Assembly: GCA_973895155.1 (NCBI GenBank)
Contig: OZ316893.1
Coordinates: 3,268,490 to 3,332,489, forward strand
Origin: Marsupella aquatica
Taxonomy: Eukaryota > Plantae > Marchantiophyta
DNA: 64,000 nt
Reading direction: 5' to 3'
In this document: positions 48,192-60,806 of the stretch, one piece after another
Position numbering within the stretch: position 1 is the first letter of the stretch
Layout of the letters: each line of letters begins with the position of its first letter
The notes under the pieces: generated by a model
Database searches by the model: none
The model's input: only the letters and a program-made list of their open reading frames with translations
What the model was told of the DNA's origin: nothing
Position numbers and translations under genes: made by a program

Positions 48192-49226
48192 TCATAAAAC
48201 ATACTCATCATTGAGTAAATCAGCTTCTCCATCAGCCCTAGCCACATTTGCCGATGAAGTTTCCGCTGCCTTTCCCTTACAGTCTCGCTTGAAGTGTCCA
48301 ACTTGGTTGCACTTCCAACATGTCACCTGCCTCCTCTGAGGGGATTTACCCTTGGACTTAGATCTGGATTTAGATCTAAACTGGGTTCTACGGTCCCCAG
48401 TTGGTCGCTGCATACTCCTCCCACGGTTAACATTGAGGGCAGCACCAGATGATGAAGGCTGTGACGTGATGTGCATCTTCTGCTGAAGATCATCACTAAG
48501 CAGAGAACTTACCACGTCATTGTATGAAATGGTATCCCTATCACGATGCAACAACACTCGTGATAGGGACTGGTAAGATGGAGGCAATGAACTAAGAAGC
48601 TGCAGAGCCTTCGTCTCATCATTCAAAGTCTCCCCAAGGTTTTCCAAGTCAACGACCATGTCGTTGAAAGCATCCACATGGTCTTGCAACTTCGTACCAG
48701 ATTCCTTCATCCTGAAACTCATCAGTTTGTAGGAAGTGTAGAGCCGGTTCGACAACTCCTTGCGGTGATACTTGCTCTGCAATTCCGCAAACAAGGACAT
48801 GCAATCCTTATGTGCACCTAACTGCTTGATGATGGGAGGCATGAGATAGAGTGTAACACACCACACTCCCTGCTCCTGCATGCGGTCCCATTGTTTCTCA
48901 TCAACATCGTCTTCACGAGGGCTCAGCAGTTGGCCCATCCCTGACGCATAAAGCACTCCCTTCACTTGCTTCTCCCATAGCAAGTAGTCAGAGCGCCCAT
49001 CATACTTTGTCACTTCATACTTGGGTCCCCCAAGCTTGAAAGTCCCCATCTTCTTCTTTACCGTGAGCTCCGGTAGTAGTACTGCTTCCTCCACCACACG
49101 CCGCACCAGTGATGGTATCGGTGTCACGTGCTCTTCCTCCTGCTCCTCTCTCTGCCCCTGAAACCTCCGCGGTGATCCTCGTGCTTCAAGTTCCACGTCT
49201 TCAAAAAACTCCTCCGAATCACTCAT
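48192..49226 (-). CDS. gag: Copia Gag (344 aa)
   Basis: KYDGRSDYLLW, LLSSLPPSY, CCHC knuckle CWKCNQVGHFKRDC; same frame as pol, separated by a single TGA. Confidence 0.93.
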   Translation of the reverse strand: MSDSEEFFEDVELEARGSPRRFQGQREEQEEEHVTPIPSLVRRVVEEAVLLPELTVKKKMGTFKLGGPKYEVTKYDGRSDYLLWEKQVKGVLYASGMGQLLSPREDDVDEKQWDRMQEQGVWCVTLYLMPPIIKQLGAHKDCMSLFAELQSKYHRKELSNRLYTSYKLMSFRMKESGTKLQDHVDAFNDMVVDLENLGETLNDETKALQLLSSLPPSYQSLSRVLLHRDRDTISYNDVVSSLLSDDLQQKMHITSQPSSSGAALNVNRGRSMQRPTGDRRTQFRSKSRSKSKGKSPQRRQVTCWKCNQVGHFKRDCKGKAAETSSANVARADGEADLLNDEYVL

Positions 49227-49728
49227 ATGAGAAAGTCACAAAAAAAGTTGTTTTTCACAACTTCTCAAAAAACTCGAAACTCAACACCGCCGCGTAGCCC
49301 ACAAAGCTAGGAGTCCAATACTTGTCAACAACGAATGTTGATCAACTGCACTTGGTGCCGTCACCAAGTCCAACAAGGTAATTGATTTTGCTTAGCCTTC
49401 CTCTTTGCATCAAAGAGCCAATCCCGGACTCAAAAACAATTGTCTTGCCTCAATCTCTCCATTGAGTCAAAACACTTGACGCTTCTCCCTCCGAGTCGAT
49501 TGCCAACTTTCTTCACAAAATCCAGAACGACGAAAACTTAGATCTCTCTGCACCACGAGCTCCGTTCAACGATTTCTTCACACCGTTAGAAAGCTCTTGC
49601 CCTGATCTATCCGTTGAGCCCATAAACTCCAAGTTCCATGCGATGGAACTCTGGAAAATCCACCAACACTCAACGCTGGAAAAACCGTCATGAAATCCCG
49701 TCACGAACACACGTCACCTCCCAAGCAT

Positions 49729-49740
49729 GCTCTGATACCA
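49729..49740 (-). promoter_or_regulatory. Primer-binding site, tRNA-iMet
   Basis: TGGTATCAGAGC on the minus strand, 2 nt from the 5' LTR. Confidence 0.95.
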
Positions 49741-49742
49741 AT

Positions 49743-50217
49743 TGTTGAGCATAGACGACGATCGCAACGGCAAGCCCATGAACCATCCAACGCACAATAG
49801 TCGACACAAGAGATACGTGGTTCACCTCCTTGAGGCTACGTCCACGGGAACACACAAGAGAACTTTACTGAACTCTAAGCCCGTCGGCTATACCGAGTCT
49901 CCACAGTGTAAGCTCTCCCTATCTCTCAAGTGGCTCCATAACAATGAGCCTTGGTTCTACCTCTCCAAGCACACATGCCTCTTATGATATAGTGTGCAAC
50001 TTAGTTGTACCTAACCACATAGTTGTACCTAACCACATAGTTGTACCTAATCACGTAGTTGTACCTAACCACATAGTTGTACCTAATCACGTAGTTGTAC
50101 CTAACCACATAGTTGTACCTAATCACATAGTTGTACCTAACCACGTAGTTGTACCAACCCACGTTGTTGTACCAACCACGTCATACCTAACCTAGACGTA
50201 AGAGTAAATACCCAACA
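49743..50217 (-). repeat. Copia 5' LTR (475 bp)
   Basis: Direct repeat of 44253-44727. Confidence 0.96.
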
Positions 50218-50222
50218 AGATT

Positions 50223-50912
50223 TTCATGCACGAATTCGATGGCCACATGGACATATTCTTTGAGGCGGATTGGTATAAACAACAGTATACACAAGATCCT
50301 CGGCAAAATTTACTGTCTTGGGAATGAGATGAGTATTCCCTGTTTACTCTTTTGGAACCAAAAGTATATCACGCAAATGGCAACAACTGTAGGCCTATGT
50401 CAAGAATTCTACACAAGTTCTTCCCAATTCAAAGAGGCGGGAGGGAGGTTGTAGCCTTGGAGATTGGAGATACTTTAGTACGGGAACTCCCTACCACAAT
50501 TGCAAACTGCCCTCCTTTCCCAGAGGTAGGGGACATAATGATTGCAATAGCGGACTCACTTTCCGTCCCTGACCTGTGTGTTGTAAGGGAAGTCCTCCTT
50601 CCCAGGCGCGATGCGGCAACGGAAATGCAAGCGGGGGATGTAGGAGTGGACGGTGCTTCTGACGGGGAGGAGGAGGAGGAGAGAGGGGATGACATGGCAG
50701 AATCGCACAATGCAAATGATACTGAGAAGGACCTCGGGAAGGTTGGTGTGAGCTGGTTGTCTGTACAGGGTTCTCGGTCAAGTTGCCCAATCTACAAGGC
50801 AGCGTCACAAATTGATGAACACATCACCTTTCAAAGATTAGTTGCATTGAGGCTTGATTTTCGTGCAATTGGACTTCACCATGGTATCCCTGTACGGTGG
50901 AATACCGTATAG
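50223..50912 (+). pseudogene. CACTA transposase gene, 3' fragment (BAH-like beta region)
   Basis: Continues the frame after the copia TSD: YRPGDHVVV...WKAILQKIFMHEF...FFEADWY; one internal stop. Confidence 0.7.
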
Positions 50913-52004
50913 TAATACCATGGAAAGTCCCAAGTACGACACAAAGAAAGATACTATGGGATATGACAACACTTGAGAGGCGCCGTTTTGTCAATAACTG
51001 AATACTGACCAGGATGCAGACCGTAGGATGTGTGAGATGCAGGTCAGACATGAGCCTGTGATGGTGACACTATGGTGCTTCACACGGGGTATGATCGGGG
51101 ACGGCACGGGTCACGAATATCATTGGATTCTGGGTCGGACGTGACATAATGGATGGGTATTACCAGGTTACTTGGGAACGTGATAAAATGTACATTGGGG
51201 GAGTGAAAGGGCGGTGCCACCGATCGGAGACAAAATCTTTGTTGTGAGATCTACTACTGAAACTGTAGTGACTAAATGATGCATGCCACTGCGCACATGA
51301 ACGCCCTATGAGGAATTCCTTATAAGCTTTGGGCAATGGTGCGAGCTCCTGAGCTCCAGTCTTTGATTGTGTAGGTTTCATAAATCTTTGTGGCTGACAA
51401 GTCTGCCATTGGATAACACTTGGGGTGTTAGCAACGGAAGCAAGTATTGACGAGCGCGGGGTGACGTTTGAGGATTGGTGAAAGTATGGTTCGTTGACAT
51501 GATCGTCCAGCGCCGGTTGCATTGTTGATGCAGAGCGACGAGGATATCACAGATCGTATGTACCGCTCTTTCACTCAACTCCTTTGGTTCTTAATTCCGC
51601 ATGAAGTATATTGATCAATTGTTAGAATGGCGCAACTAAGGCCTGCTGTGACGCCGCCGGTACGGCGGTTAATGAGTGATTCAGTCTAACTGCGCTCGGC
51701 ACGCGCGTTAGGTGTGTCTTAGGCCGCTATTATTAGCATAACGACAGTATTTAGGTAATCATTAGGGGTAGGACATCATTAGGCAATAAGGGGGACTTCA
51801 GGTTCGGACTGGCGGCAGGTCGCTATTCGCACACCCGGGTTACGAGCGTGGAAGGGCCCCTCCCTCGGGTCCGTATAACGAACTTAAGGAAGCGGCCACT
51901 GACGCACGCTGACTCAGACTGGCGGAGTGGCCGGTACACCACAAGCATGAGCGGTTCAGCCTATGGGCGTCGAGGAGACGTCGGGGATCGACAAGCCCTC
52001 AAAG

Positions 52005-52012
52005 TATAAAAG
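52005..52012 (+). promoter_or_regulatory. TATA box of the family B LTR
   Basis: TATAAAAG about 110 nt upstream of the LTR ORF ATG; also in the 3' LTR (~61132). Confidence 0.6.
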
Positions 52013-52116
52013 GGGAGCCAACCCTTTGTAGTGCACCAGTCCATCAGTCCGCGCGCCAACTTCGACCCTAGCTCTCTCGTTCTAGCTCTCTAGGTCGCCA
52101 CTACTATCTCCTCTGA

Positions 52117-53793
52117 ATGTCGCACATGATCCTCTCCAGCTCGGCCATTCGATTCTGGACGCAGTTCCTATCTACGGGAAGGCACTTGGCCAATTCATTG
52201 AAACACGCCAACCCGCGCCGATACGAAATCGAACGCGAATACGAGAGAGCCATCCGCCTAGCAGGACGACACCACTACATCCTTAACTTTGACTACCCGT
52301 CTCAGAGCGAGCTTTACCGACCAGCAAAGGTATCTGGGTACTTCTTCAACGGAGACAAATATATCGGTTTTTGGGAAGCATTGCTTCGGCTTCCGGACGA
52401 GGTCTTCCATATCCCGGGTACAATCGACCTGCAGCGACATCACTTCGACCACATCCCTGCCCAGGTTTGGGCTGTCATTAACGGTGAGTCCAGTACCAAC
52501 CGTTCGACAAGGGCGTCCGCACTCGCTTCGGAGAACTTCTACCAGCACGTGCAGAGCTTCATGGGAACTCGGCCATCAACCAACATGACCAACTCAGCCG
52601 TGCCCGTACCCGTACCCGTGCCCATGCAACCCTAGCCTCAACCTCAGGCTCAGCTTCAGCTTCAGCCTCAGCCGCAGCCTAGCCAAACCCCACCACCTAT
52701 CACCCAGCCAGCACAGGTACGCTCCGTCATCAACGCTGTGGATCTTAGCGATGACGACGAGGCTACCCCACCCTTGACCAGGCGGCCCAGAGGAACAAGC
52801 GCTCGGGGGGCCGACACTATATCATCCCCACCCCCTGCTTTGACCCCAGGAGCGGCCCCAGCAGACAACATGGTGACTGTGGCCGCCCCGGGCCCGTTAC
52901 CAACGGCAGTGGCACTCCCCAGGCCCGATCGGGAGGATGGGGAAGTATCACCTTCCTCGATTCAGTCACGGGGAAAGAAGAGGAAGGAATCCGCCACTGC
53001 ATCCGGGTTACCGTTGGCCACGGTAGCCGTAGCCAAGGTGATGATGCACCGCATGGGGGAAAACGTTCACAGCAACATCCTCCATCCCAAGCATGCGGTG
53101 TACCTGAAGACTCAGGGATTTGAGCACCTCACCTCTCTCCCCTGGAACACTTGCAGGTACTGCGGGGAGTTCATGGCCCGGAAGGTAGCCTGTTTCTTCA
53201 ATCAGGAGTTGGTTGCCACAGTAAAGGCAGGTCGGGCCCAGTCAGAGGCCCTTCAGAGGATAGAGCGGTACCGGGTGGAGTCCGTGTACCTAAAGAACGA
53301 AGTGGCGGCTCAAGAGGCTGAGCTTCTGCAACTACGACCCAAGGTTGCAGCCGCCGATGAGTTGTTAGCAAAGGCGCACGCTCTTACCGCCCTAGCCGAA
53401 CAGGCCAAAGCTGGGAACGAGGCCGAGATTACACGACTCCGGAACCAGATTGACAGTTTGAAGAAACAAGCTGTCACCTGGCAGAAAGACCTGGAGGAGG
53501 CCGAGGAGCGAGCCCAGCGGGACACGGTGGAGATAGCCACGTTGCAGGCCAAGATGGCGCGGCTCCAAACCGAGGCCGAGAAGCAGGACCAGCTGGCGGG
53601 TAAACTGACGAGCGACGCCCAGCAGCTGGAGGAGGCATGTCAGGAGGCAGCAGAGGAGACGGACGCGGCAAGGCGAGAGAACGAATCTCTGCTGGACCAG
53701 GTCCAGCTCCTCAAAGCGGACAATGACAGGCTTCGAAGGCAGCGGGATGGCCGTTCCCATTTGGGCGGCTCTGGCAAGCGTGCCAGGCATTAG
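52117..53793 (+). pseudogene. LTR-encoded coiled-coil protein of family B (558 aa reconstructed), one CAG>TAG at 52633
   Basis: Single frame; this stop is absent from the 3' LTR copy. Confidence 0.82.
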
Positions 53794-54702
53794 CGGCGGA
53801 GTAGGAATAGATTAGGATTAGGATTGGCTTAGTCAGGCTCTTGGGACAGGCACCTGCCTTAGGTACAGCAGCGCTGCCCTGCTGTCCAGCCTGCGTAGAT
53901 TAGGATCTTCTAATAAGACACAGCCATTTTCCGGCCTGATTGTCAGCTTAGTTAGGACCTTAGTCAGCGAATCTTTGGCGAGAGGACACCCCGTCCCTCG
54001 GCTCTTAGTATTTAGTGCACCCCTCGGTAGAGGCGGGGGGGGTTTTTAGTTTCAGAGTCGGACATCCGCGGGATATGCGGGGAGTCCCGACCTCTGGGAA
54101 TGAAAGAGTACCAAGGGGAGGGGGTAGGACTAAGCTTGCCGGGCGAGTGCGGAGCCGCGCTCCGTTGTAGTGTGCACCCTCGGCCTTGAAACTGTTCATT
54201 CCAGGGCTGTCGGGTCAACTAAGTGTACGCATATGTTCCCTTTGTAGTAAAATCCTTTCCCATCATTTTCCTTCGTGTAAATCGAGATTGTATGCATGTG
54301 TGCGCATATGTGTGTGGGTTTCTCGTATATGGGTGGCAGCGCCAGGCCGAACGCACTACCCGAGACGTGCATAGGGTGCAGCCTGCGGGTAAGTGGTTGC
54401 GAGCACGGGTTGGGGACCTGTATCATCGAATCCGGATCGAAGGCGGACAACACGAAGGCTTAGAAGCCCTTAAGCCGGGGTCGATCCTGCTATCGACTAA
54501 GGTACGTTCCGGCGGCGGAACACAAACCATACCTAGGAGGTATCCGTATTTAGCAGTATGCGCACTTAGCGCTAGTTTACGAGAATAAGGTGCATTACGT
54601 GCTTCCCTTCCTGCCCGAACCCTCAGATTTACGAGGGATGTGCCCGTCTAAGCTGAAGTCTGAGTTAAGGCCGAAGCCTACGACGTGACATAGCCTTTGT
54701 TT

Positions 54703-54720
54703 TGGCGCTAGATGGAGGGG
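54703..54720 (+). promoter_or_regulatory. Primer-binding site (tRNA-Asn-like), 12 nt after the LTR
   Basis: TGGCGCTAGATGGAGGGG, identical to the family A PBS. Confidence 0.75.
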
Positions 54721-54813
54721 GCACTCTACATATCGTAGAGGGGAGACATGTGCGTATTCACCTAGGCAGGATACATCAGGACGTAGTACTAACCATTGCA
54801 TTTATATGAGTAA

Positions 54814-57800
54814 ATGCCCGTCACTCGTTCTCAAGGAGCTTACTTGAGGAGATTGACCAGCGAACGAGAAAGTGCAACCACAACAAGCTCCGACTCGTCG
54901 GGCTCGGAGGACTCGCAATCGTCCCGACGTATGAACATACCCTCGGGACCTTCGGGATCCGGTTCGACCGGCCCTGCTGCGGTTCCACCACCACCACCAC
55001 CACCACCTATGGTAGCCGCTCCACCGGTGGCCCGCGCTGCTCAAGCGCCTCCACAAATATTGCAACGATCGCGATTTCATTATCGACCTTTCAAAGAGCG
55101 TCATGGGGATGATCCGGATGAATGGTTGGATGAGTTTGAAGCCCTGCTAAAGCTAATGGGGAAGACGCCATTAAGCTAACCGTCCTCCCGGGAGTGATGC
55201 GGGGAGAAGCTCGTCCATGGTACAACTCGTTACCACCCCGGACTACCTGGGCACAATTCCAAGCTGCATTGCTACAAGAGTTTCGTGCCATTGGATCAGA
55301 ACAACGTTCTCTATTAAAGATTGGCCAGCTTCGCATGGGAAAAAAAGAGTCCCTGCGGAAGTTCATTCAGAAGTTTCAGAAACTTGCGGCCAAGATCCGG
55401 CCCAGGCCAGGAGACGCGCTCCAGCTTACATGGTTCCTTCATGGTTTGCCCACGAATATGCAATTCTGGGTACGCCAGAATAATCCAATTTCAATGCAGG
55501 CGGCCATAGCGTGCGCCGAAACTTACCGGGAGTCCACCTATAACTCCCGGCGGAGCCAGCGAGCACGCCGCAGGAAGGGTAAGTACGAAACCTTCAGTGA
55601 CAGTGACTCCGAATCGGACGACAAGAGGAAGAAGAAACGCAAGAAGAAGAAGAAACATCGTTCAACCTCGTCCAGCTCCGAGACGGAATCCAGTTCGGAT
55701 TCAGCTTCAAGCATCGGATCCTCTACCTCCAGTTCATCAGGAAGTGACTCGGAGAGCGAAAGCCGGAGCAAAGTGAAGAAGAGACGAGTGAAGAAGGAGG
55801 GGAAGATTAAACCCCGGGCGCGAAGAACGATACCAGATCCAAAGGCTGCCGAAGCAGACAAGCTAAACGAAATCACGGATCGACTCAAAGCACTGTCAGT
55901 ACATCTTGCGGAAAAGCCGGTGGAGAAGAAGAAGCCATCTGAGATTCGAGCCCATGCGTGGTGTTCAAAGTGCTTCCAATCCAGCCATGTGGTGCAGGAA
56001 TGCCCAAGGTGGAAGAACCGAGTTCACCAAGTAGAGCTGGATGATGTTGACAACCCGGGCCCCGAATTGGAGTCCACGGAGTATTTCTTTGAGGACCCTC
56101 CTGATTCCGTGTACCAGATTTCAACGGTAGGTCCGCGTAATTTAGCGGGTAGAACTGCGTACCCCTACCCAAGTAATGGCCGGAGTTTCCAGGTTATCAG
56201 TAATCCGAGCATCCCTCCTAAGCCAGGGATTTGGCGGTCCCCAGTTTGTTACAACTGTGAAAAGCCAGGACACTTTGCGAGGGAATGCACCGAACCAAGA
56301 CGTCAGGGAGATGGCCGAGGCACCCCACTATGTCAAGTTTGCAAAACGGAGGCTCATTCCACGGCCAACTGTCCGTTGGTAATCGCTGCTCGAACGAGTG
56401 CGGCTAGACCGGCCCAGGCTGGACCAGTCACGAGCGATGCAGTCATCCAAATGATTGCTGTAGAATGGCAAGATGACAACACCGAGTGGGTGAATCTGGT
56501 GGACGTGGCGGAACACCCTAATCCATTGGATGAGGCCGAGTGCTACCGAGTGTCGACAAGGGCCGAACGGAAGGAAGAAAAGACGGAGGAGAAACGAAGG
56601 AAAAAGCAAGATACTACTCCGGTGCAGCCAGCAATAAATATACCCCCAGAAAAGGACGATGACTACCGACGGGACGACCCGAAGCTGTTTTTCCCCCGCA
56701 TCAAAGAATTGGTAAAGAAACAGCTGGAGGCTTACAAAGCTCGGGAATACCAGAAGGCAATCGATAAGGACATCAAAGCAGCCGAGACAGCCCGGCGACA
56801 GGAGCAAGAAACGCAAGATAAACAAGAGGAAGCCAAGCAGCAGCCAACGAAAGAAACAAAGGAGGACTATGATATTAAGGAGGACGTGAAGAGTTGCCCG
56901 GTTACAGCGACGGTGGGGCAACTGCTGCAGAACAACCCACAGTACAGACGACAACTGAGGGAGTTGCTCATGGGTCGCCGAAGGAGGAGACTACCCCGAG
57001 TTGGGAGTGCGGACTGCAACATGATATGCAAGGACCTTGGAGCGCCGGACATCTCGATCGAAATTAATAACTGTACCATCAAGATGGTTCTTGTAGACGG
57101 AGGAGCGGGAGTCAACATCATGACTGAAGAAACGTCAATCAAGTTAGGATACCTCACGTATCAACCCACGGCCCGAGCTATCAGATTAGCAAACGGGGCA
57201 AGGGTCCTCCCATTAGGCACGCTCACACGAGTGCTCACTCTGGTGGGAGGGGTAGAGTTCTATCTCAACTTCTTAGTCATGAGGCCGGTTCGCCCCTCCT
57301 CTTACCCGGTTCTTCTGGGCAGGCCGTGGTTGTACGGTGGCCGTGTAGTCACGGATTGGGGAAAGAAGGAGCTACGGTTCGGGGAACCCACCGTACGGGT
57401 ATCCTGGGCAATGGACGATTATCAGGGAGAAACCCCACAAGGACCCGAGGAATATGATTCGGAGACCTCGGAGGAAGAGGAACTCAATATGATCAAACTC
57501 ATCTCGTCCCTATCCGAGGAAGATGTCTTCGGAGTTGAAGCAACCCGAGAAACACATCTCCTAAATTACCCGAGGGCTGCCATTGTGTCCACCCCAAGCA
57601 CATCTACTGTCGGGGATGAGGAAACGCACGAACAACTCGTCGAGACGGAGGACACGGCTCCAGCTAAGCAGGGAGCCGAGGCTACTCCTTCCATTTCAAA
57701 GCCACGTAACCATGAACCAGCCCAACAACCGCCTGAGGCCGAAAACTCGAGACCGAGACATAAAAAGCGAGTCTCATGGGATCCATCCATTCCGCAATTG

Positions 57801-60800
57801 GAGGAAGTAAACCCCATCCCGAGACCAATCCCGGCCCCACCCATGTACGGAGGAGTTCGGTTAGCTGAGCTTGACGCGAGCCTGGACCCGAGTCTGCGAA
57901 ACCAGGTTGAAGTCATCAGGAAGGAGCACTACCGGAAGTACACTATTGGGATGGACAAATCTTTTAACCTGGGCCACGCTCTGACGGGGAAGGCTGAAAA
58001 ATCCATCCAAGCTTTGCTCAAGGAATATGAAGATGTGTTTGCATGGAGTCATCATGATTTAACAGGCGTCTCCCCCGAGTTGGGAGAACACACGATCGAT
58101 CTGAACCTAGGAGCCCATGCGGTACGACAGCGACAACATCGCATGAATCCGAGGTACTCCATCTTAGTGAAGGAGGAAATTGATCGTCTCCTCGCCGCCG
58201 ATATCATTTACCCGGTAATGGCCAGCGACTGGGTCTCTCCCATTGTCATTGTACCAAAGAAGGGAGGTACGGATGGAAAACCTAAGATTCGTATCTGTCA
58301 GGACTACCGTAAGCTGAATGACGCAACCCGAAAAGACCATTACCCATTACCATTCACGGATATGGTTCTAGATATGGTGGCCCGAAATGAAATCTATACA
58401 TTTCTTGACGGGTATTCAGGTTATAACCAAATCTGGATTCGTCTCGCGGATCAGCTCAAAACAACTTTCACTATGGAGTGGGGGACGTTCGCATTTCGGA
58501 GGATGCCTTTTGGTCTGTGTAATGCCCCGGCTATGTTTCAGCGCCTTATGATGAATATCTTCCACGATTTCCTACGGGAATTTTTGGAGATATTTATCGA
58601 TGACTTTGCCATCTTCGGAACCGTTGCCATGCACCCCGAACACCTACGATGAACGTTGCAACGATGCCGAGATGTTAACCTCAAACTACATCCCGCCAAA
58701 TGCTTCTTCGGGGTAGAGGAGGGGGTGTTACTCGGGCATCGTGTGTCCAAACGGGGCATTGAGGTGGACCAAGAGAAAGTTGTGGCCTGGATGGCGGTGG
58801 TGTTCCCCTTGGATCAAAAAGCAGTACGATCCTTCTTGGGCTGCGTAGGGTATTACCGCCGGTTCATTAAAGACTTTGCTAAAATTGCGTTGCCCTTAAC
58901 TGAGATGATGAAGAAGGACGCAGTGGTCGAGGAGACACCCCGAAGACGGATTGTTTTCGAGGAACTCCGTAAACGACTCACCACCGCGCCTATCATGGTC
59001 ACCCCAGACTGGAATAAGGAGTTCCACGTGTATGTCGATGTGTCAGGGTTTTGTATCGGATCCGTACTTAGTCAGCTAGATGAGGATGGACGTGATCACC
59101 CCATCTATTTCGCTAGCCGTCAACTATTTGCAGCCAAAAAGAATTATTCCCCTACTGATCGAGAAGCTTTGGGAATAATCTACTCGTGTAAAAAGTTCCG
59201 ACACTATCTGCTAGGCTACAAGGTCATTTTCCACACGGATCATGATAGCCTGAAGTACATGGTCAACAAAGCGGATGTGACAGGACGGATAGCCCGGTGG
59301 GTGCTACTTCTCCAGGAATTTAATTACGAAGTTCGGGTTCGGCCAGGAAGGGTACACCTCAATGCCGATTTCTTTTCACGACTGGACGGCGTACCAGTCG
59401 ATCAGCCAATTGATGATATTTTTCCGGATGAGGAGTTGTTCCACGTGGGGGAAGGGACACCAACGTGGTACGGCTCAATAATCACCTTCCTTTTAATGGG
59501 CCGCATCCCTGACGGCATCAATCAGGAGGCTGCCGCTGTGTTTTTATGGAAAGCCGGGCCTTACGTCATGATACAGGGTCACCTACATAAGGAAGGTATT
59601 AACGGAAAGTTACGACGCTGCTTAGAGTATAAAGAGACACTTATCGTGATACGGGCCCTGCATGAAGAAGAAGCTGGAGGCCATTTCGCGGCAGTTACGA
59701 CAGCCCGAAAGATTCTGGACTCGGGGTATTGGTGGCCTACGTTGCATCGGGATGTACAGCGCTTCATTAAGGGCTGTGACTTGTGTCAGCGAGCGGGGGC
59801 CCCGAAGAGGGCTCATCATCACCCGCTCACATCTGTGCTTCCATTGGCACCATTCGAAAAATGGGGAATTGATTATATCGGGCCGTTCACTCCTGTTACC
59901 CGAAGGCGAAGGTGCAGGTACATCCTATTAGCTATTGATTACTCTACCAAATGGGTCGAAGCGCGGGCTACGGTAAAGGATGACGCCGCAACCAGTGCTA
60001 GATTCTTATACGAACAGATTTTCACCCGATTTGGACCGCCCTTAGAATTGGTAAGCGACCGTGGAACCCACTTCCTCAATGACACCGTAGCCCAGCTTAC
60101 GGAGCGTTACCTAGTCAAGCACCGGAAAACTCCCCCGTATCATCCTAAAGCCAACGGGATGGCGGAGAGAGAAAATGGTATCATTGGGAAGATCCTCAAC
60201 AAAACTGTAGTTGCGCACAAAACGGATTGGGATGATAAGTTGTACGCAGCGGTGTACTCGTATAATCTAGCTTACAAAACTACTACGAGTCACAGCCCGT
60301 ACTTTCTTGTGTTCGGCCAACATTCGTTGGTGCCCGTCGAATTTGAAGTGCACACTCCATGGGTCAGCATTCAGGATCGCTTACCTGAATCTGAAAGTCT
60401 GTCAGACCGAGCTTATCAGATTGAAGCCTTGGAAGAAGCACGGCTACTGGCAGCTCGACACACCGTGAAGAAACAGGCAACTTTGAAGAAGCAGCACGAC
60501 AAAGGACTACGGAGGGTCGACGTCGTGGCAAGCGATCTAGTCCTTCTGTACGATAGTAGGTACATGCAGTTTCCAGGGAAGCTGCATACTTGGTGGTTGG
60601 GGCCCTTCCTTGTCAATCAGATCTACCAAAACGGATCTTTGGAGCTTGCGACATATGCCGGCGATTTACTCCCCACGCGAATCAGCTACGATCGTGTAAA
60701 AAAGTACCACCATCAAGATGACGACGCCGATAGCGATGTTCGCGAGGACGCTTCACAATTAAGCAGGGAGCTATGTGACGCTGCCGGTACGGCGGTTAAT

Positions 60801-60806
60801 GAGTGA
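54814..60806 (+). pseudogene. gag-pol: gag-pol polyprotein of family B (single frame once repaired)
   Basis: Probable 1-nt deletion near 55144 (by comparison with family A EGTAAANGESA) and a TGA at 58650. Three CCHC knuckles, VDGGAG protease, FIDDF RT, RNase H and integrase; ends inside the 3' LTR. Confidence 0.93.

Larger units (their letters stand above)
44253..50217 (-). mobile_element. Ty1/copia LTR retrotransposon (Tnt1/Tork-like), 5,965 bp, very young
   Basis: Two 475-bp LTRs with no differences seen by eye; TSD AGATT (44248-44252, 50218-50222); PBS, PPT, and gag-PR-INT-RT-RH order. Confidence 0.97.
51647..54690 (+). repeat. 5' LTR of family B (3,044 bp)
   Basis: TGTGACG...GTGACA; direct repeat of 60774-63813. 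Confidence 0.96.
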
